DNA of 64,000 nucleotides, from assembly GCA_025935995.1 (NCBI GenBank), contig JAICUF010000002.1, positions 11,680-75,679 of the forward strand, read 5' to 3'. Under the pieces are notes generated by a model. The model had not been told where the DNA came from. It searched no databases and saw nothing but the letters and a program-made list of their open reading frames with translations. Positions 60,510-64,000 of the stretch are shown in pieces. A program made the translations under genes and the position numbers. Source of the stretch: Gemmatimonadales bacterium (GTDB lineage: Bacteria; Gemmatimonadota; Gemmatimonadetes; Gemmatimonadales; GWC2-71-9). Each line of letters starts with the position of its first letter. The stretch's first letter is position 1.

Positions 60510-61333
60510 GCGGCGGCGATGAAGCGCATGGTGGCGGCCCGGCAGTCGTCGGCGCGGTCCACCCACACGTCGTGCGACGCGCCGGCCATGACGATGCGCC
60601 GCGCGTCCGGCAGAAGCTGCTCCAGCTCGGCATCCACCAGCGCGTGGGTGGGACGGGTGAGCGCGCCGCTCAGCATCAGGACCGGCATCGGCAGCGCCGA
60701 GACCGCGTCGCGGTCGAGGACGGGGAAGCGATCGGTCGACCGCGTCTGTGCCTCCAGCTCGGCGGCGTTCTGCATGATGCGGGCCCGTGAGGCGGCGGGG
60801 AGACGGTCGAAGCGGCCCGGCCCGAGGAAGTAGTCGATGAAGGTCGCGACCCCGCGCTCGGGCTCTCCGCGCTCGAACGACCGTCCCGCCGGCTCCCACA
60901 CGTCGTCCCGGAACTCGCGCCAGACGGCGTCGCCGCCCGCGGTGCCCTCGAGCCAGCGGAGCATCGGCGGCTCGATCACGACGAGCGAGCGGACCAGATC
61001 GGGGCGTTCCGCCGCCGTGAACAGCGCCGCGCACGCGCCGATCGATGCGGCGACGACGTGCGCCGGCTCGCCGGCGACCGTTTCGATCAGCTCCGCCAGG
61101 TCGCGCGCGTCGGTCCGCGGCGAATAATCCGGGATGAGCGGGCGGTTCCGGTTCGGGTGCGAGTAGCGGCGGCTGTAGCCGATGGCGCGCCACCGGTGCT
61201 GAAAGGCGGGGAGCTCGGATTTCCAGTAGCGCATGTCGGCCAGCCCGCCGTGCACGAAGACCACCGGGTCGCTGCTGCCGGCCGCGCTCCAGGCGAGGTC
61301 CACGTCGCCGACCCGGACGCTCGACGGCTCCAT
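60506..61333 (-). CDS. alpha/beta hydrolase
   Basis: Start at MEPSSVRVGD.... ...PVVFVHGGLAD..., and an elbow-position AASIGA in place of a canonical GxSxG. ATGA overlap with the SGNH gene. Confidence 0.8.
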   Translation of the reverse strand: MEPSSVRVGDVDLAWSAAGSSDPVVFVHGGLADMRYWKSELPAFQHRWRAIGYSRRYSHPNRNRPLIPDYSPRTDARDLAELIETVAGEPAHVVAASIGACAALFTAAERPDLVRSLVVIEPPMLRWLEGTAGGDAVWREFRDDVWEPAGRSFERGEPERGVATFIDYFLGPGRFDRLPAASRARIMQNAAELEAQTRSTDRFPVLDRDAVSALPMPVLMLSGALTRPTHALVDAELEQLLPDARRIVMAGASHDVWVDRADDCRAATMRFIAAA

Positions 61334-61334
61334 C

Positions 61335-62117
61335 CTATCGGCCCGGAAAGACGGGCTGCCGCTTCTCCAGGAATGCCGCGATCCCCTCGGCGCGATCCTC
61401 CGCGGCAAAGGCCGCGAGGAACGCGGCGCGCTCGAGGTCGAGGCCGGCGGCGAGCGGAAGCCCGAGCGCCGCGCGCGTTGCCCGCCGTGCGGCGGCCACG
61501 GCCACCGGGCTGTTGCGCGCGATCCGCTCCGCCACCGCGACCGCGCGCTCGAGACAGTCCTCCGGTTCCGTCACTTCCTCCACCAGGCCCATGCGGAGCG
61601 CCTCGGCGGCGTCGACCGGCTCACCGGTGAGGATGAGCCGGAGCGCGGCGCCAAGGCCGACCACGCGCGGGAGGCGCTGGGTGGCACCCCCGCCCGGGAT
61701 GAGACCCAGATTCACTTCGGGTTGCCCGAAGCGGGCGCTCGAGCTCGCGATCCGTATGTCGCACGCGAGCGCGAGCTCCAGGCCGCCGCCCAGGCAGGCG
61801 CCGTTGATCGCCGCGACGAGTGGCCGCTCGCACGCCGCGACGACATCGTAGACGCGGCGCCCCTGCATCGCGGTCGCCTGCGCGGCGACATCGCGCCCGG
61901 CGAACTCCGTCACGTCGGCGCCCGCCACGAAGGCACGATCGCCGGCGCCGGTGAGCACGATGACGCGGACGGCATCGTCGCCGCCCAGGTCGTCGAGCGC
62001 GCCGATCAGCTCCGCGCGGAGCGCGGCGTTCAGTGCGTTCCGCTTGTCCGGCCGGTTGAGCGTGAGGATCGCGACCGCTTCCCGCCGCTCCCGCAGCACG
62101 AGCGCGTCGCGTGTCAC
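61335..62117 (-). CDS. enoyl-CoA hydratase/isomerase (crotonase) family protein
   Basis: GTG start at 62117. ...AILTLNRPDKRNALN...VIVLTGAGDRAFVAGADV...PLVAAINGACLGGGLELALACDIRIASSSARFGQPEVNLGLIPGGGATQRLPR.... Confidence 0.9.
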   Translation of the reverse strand: MTRDALVLRERREAVAILTLNRPDKRNALNAALRAELIGALDDLGGDDAVRVIVLTGAGDRAFVAGADVTEFAGRDVAAQATAMQGRRVYDVVAACERPLVAAINGACLGGGLELALACDIRIASSSARFGQPEVNLGLIPGGGATQRLPRVVGLGAALRLILTGEPVDAAEALRMGLVEEVTEPEDCLERAVAVAERIARNSPVAVAAARRATRAALGLPLAAGLDLERAAFLAAFAAEDRAEGIAAFLEKRQPVFPGR

Positions 62118-62124
62118 CGGTCGC

Positions 62125-62982
62125 CTACCACTGGTAGAACCCCTGGCCGCTCTTCCGCCCGAGCCGGCCCTCGGCCACCATGCGGCGGAGGAGCGCCGGC
62201 GCGGCGTAGGTGTCGCCGCCGAGCGTCGCATGCAGGTGGTCGGCGATGGCGAGCCGGACGTCGAGCCCGACGAGGTCGCCCAGACGAAGCGGGCCCATCG
62301 GGTGGTTGTAGCCGAGCTCCATGGCGCGGTCGATGTCCTCGGCGCTCGCGACGCCCTCCTCCAGCATGCGGATCGCCTCGAGTCCCAGCACCACGCCGAG
62401 CCGGCTCGTGGCGAAGCCCGGCGAGTCACGCACGACGATCGCCGTCTTGCCGAGGCGCTCGGCGAAGGCGCGGGCGCGGGCGACGGTGCCGTCGGCGGTG
62501 GCGCCGCCCCGTACGATCTCGACGAGACGCATCGCCGGCACGGGATTGAAGAAGTGCGTGCCGACCACGCGGGCGGGGTCGCTCACGGCGTCCGCGATGC
62601 GGGAGATCGAGAGCGACGAGGTGTTGCTCGCGAGGATCGCTCCGGCCGGCGCCGCGCGTTCCAGCTCGACGAAGAGCGCCTGCTTGAGGTCGAGCCGTTC
62701 GGGGACCGCCTCGATGACGAGCGTGGCGTCGCGCGCGGCGTCCGCGACGCCACTCGCGGCGCGCACCCGGCCGAGCGCCGCCGCGCGATCGTCGGCGGGG
62801 AGCTTCCCGCGCGCGATGGCCTGGTCGAGAATCGCCGCGATCCGGATGAGCGCCGCCGCAGGGGCGACCGGATCCTCATCGGCGAGCGAGACCGTGAGCC
62901 CCGCCATTGCGGCCACCGCGGCAATCCCGTGGCCCATCGTGCCGGCGCCGATCACGGCGAGCCGCTCGCTGACCTCGCTCAT
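62125..62982 (-). CDS. 3-hydroxyacyl-CoA (3-hydroxybutyryl-CoA) dehydrogenase
   Basis: ...[14 protein letters not shown]... NAD fold. ...ASNTSSLSI...[15 protein letters not shown]...DSPGF...[14 protein letters not shown].... ATGA overlap with the thiolase gene. Confidence 0.9.
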   Translation of the reverse strand: MSEVSERLAVIGAGTMGHGIAAVAAMAGLTVSLADEDPVAPAAALIRIAAILDQAIARGKLPADDRAAALGRVRAASGVADAARDATLVIEAVPERLDLKQALFVELERAAPAGAILASNTSSLSISRIADAVSDPARVVGTHFFNPVPAMRLVEIVRGGATADGTVARARAFAERLGKTAIVVRDSPGFATSRLGVVLGLEAIRMLEEGVASAEDIDRAMELGYNHPMGPLRLGDLVGLDVRLAIADHLHATLGGDTYAAPALLRRMVAEGRLGRKSGQGFYQW

Positions 62983-64000
62983 GCCGGCCGCTCGAGAATG
63001 ACGGCGATGCCCTGTCCGACGCCGATGCACATCGTCGCCGCGCCATAGCGACCGCCGCGCCGGGCCAGCTCATGCACCAGCGTGGTGACGATGCGGCTCC
63101 CACTCGAGCCGAGGGGGTGGCCGAGCGAGATGGCGCCGCCGTTCACGTTGACGCGCGCGGGATCGAGCTCCAGCTCCCGGATGCAGGCGAGCGCCTGGGC
63201 CGCGAAGGCCTCGTTCAGCTCGACCAGGTCGAGCGCGCCGGCGGCGATCCCCGCGCGCTCGAGCGCCTTCCTCATGGCGGGCACGGGGCCGATCCCCATG
63301 ATCTCCGGCGCGACCCCCGCGACCGCCGTCGCGGCGACGCGCGCCATCGGCGCGAGGCCCGCCGCCCGCGCCGCCTCGCCGGACATCACCAGCACGGCGC
63401 TCGCGCCGTCGTTGATGCCGCTGGAGGAGCCGGCGGTCACGGTCCCCTCCTTCCGGAATGCCGGCGAGAGTCCGCGAAGCGCCTCGGCGCTCGTGTCGGG
63501 GCGGGGCGGCTCGTCGCGCTCCACCACGGTGGCGCGGCCACGGGCGTCGGTCACCGTCACCGGGACGATCTCGTCGGCAAAGCGGTCGGCGGCGATCGCG
63601 CGGGCCGTCCGGGCCTGACTCTCGAGGGCAAAGGCGTCCTGGTCCTCGCGCGAGATGCCGTAGCGCATCGCGACCTCCTCCGCCGTCTCGCCCATCGAGA
63701 TCGTCCACGCCGCGGGGAAGCGGGGATTGGTGAAGCGCCAGCCGATGGTGGAGTCGGCCGTCGCCGGCGCGCCGCGGGGGAAAGCGGTGTCGGGCTTGAG
63801 GGTGACCCACGGCGCGCGCGACATGCTCTCGACGCCGCCCGCGATGACGCAGCGCGCCTCGCCCGCCCGGATGGCATGCGCGGCGGCCACGACCGCCTGG
63901 AGGCCGGAGCCGCAGAGGCGGTTGACCGTCTGGCCCGGCACCTCGACCGGCAGTCCGGCCAGGAGCGCCGCCATGCGGCCGACGTTCCGGGAATCCTCGC
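62979..64000 (-). CDS. acetyl-CoA C-acyltransferase (thiolase), N-terminus outside window
   Basis: Frame is open to the window edge (...[32 protein letters not shown]...). C-terminal ...[17 protein letters not shown]...[10 protein letters not shown]... are thiolase signatures. Confidence 0.9.
   Translation of the reverse strand, partial: EDSRNVGRMAALLAGLPVEVPGQTVNRLCGSGLQAVVAAAHAIRAGEARCVIAGGVESMSRAPWVTLKPDTAFPRGAPATADSTIGWRFTNPRFPAAWTISMGETAEEVAMRYGISREDQDAFALESQARTARAIAADRFADEIVPVTVTDARGRATVVERDEPPRPDTSAEALRGLSPAFRKEGTVTAGSSSGINDGASAVLVMSGEAARAAGLAPMARVAATAVAGVAPEIMGIGPVPAMRKALERAGIAAGALDLVELNEAFAAQALACIRELELDPARVNVNGGAISLGHPLGSSGSRIVTTLVHELARRGGRYGAATMCIGVGQGIAVILERPA

Noticed and set aside
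1-64000. Search for tRNA/rRNA genes, CRISPR arrays, IS elements, integrases, phage or defence-system genes
   Set aside because: I found no cloverleaf-like or rRNA-like GC-poor conserved blocks, no regularly spaced repeats apart from those reported, and no transposase, integrase, restriction or Cas-like translations in any listed ORF. Absence was judged by eye only.

Overview
This is a 64-kb, very GC-rich bacterial chromosomal segment (about 70% G+C by eye, not computed). It is gene-dense: I call about 65 protein-coding genes on both strands, many joined by ATGA/GTGA start-stop overlaps. I recognised no rRNA, tRNA, CRISPR array, transposase, integrase or prophage gene. Most of the window is ordinary accessory and housekeeping content. 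It includes a GH89 alpha-N-acetylglucosaminidase cut by the left edge and small stress or unknown-function proteins (three DUF1801 paralogues, YdeI, YciI, SRPBCC, SnoaL-like). It also holds regulators (ArsR, two PadR) and DNA repair genes (Mug glycosylase, a UvrA class-II paralogue). There is a strongly proteolytic set: two M1 aminopeptidases, a DPP-IV/S9 peptidase, a transglutaminase-like protein, a penicillin-acylase-family Ntn hydrolase and a beta-lactamase-family serine hydrolase. Other content includes an SPFH/NfeD pair, kynA, and a thiolase/3-hydroxyacyl-CoA dehydrogenase/enoyl-CoA hydratase operon cut by the right edge. Three 'ADOP'-type duplicated MacB/FtsX orphan permeases, two of them translationally coupled to PadR regulators, suggest an Acidobacteriota/Gemmatimonadota-like origin; this is inference only. 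An MFP/MacB-type permease/TolC operon (35.1-39.3 kb) has no ATPase gene. The stand-out region is 43.6-50.9 kb. Two tandem paralogous mini-ORFs (46 and 50 aa), absent from the supplied ORF track, are followed by a perfect intrinsic terminator. Next comes a translationally coupled operon of GAF-HlyD, lipoprotein HlyD and a PqqD-like/M50-protease/HlyD fusion. A divergent SARP(BTAD)-AAA regulator lies upstream, and the intergenic region carries GTGAAA direct repeats at 11-bp spacing. I interpret this as a candidate peptide maturation/export or signalling system that lacks any ABC/RND pump, modification enzyme or outer-membrane factor. That interpretation needs database and experimental checks that I cannot run here. 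Gene starts were chosen by eye from the ORF track (homology onset, SD boxes, overlaps) and are less certain than stops.
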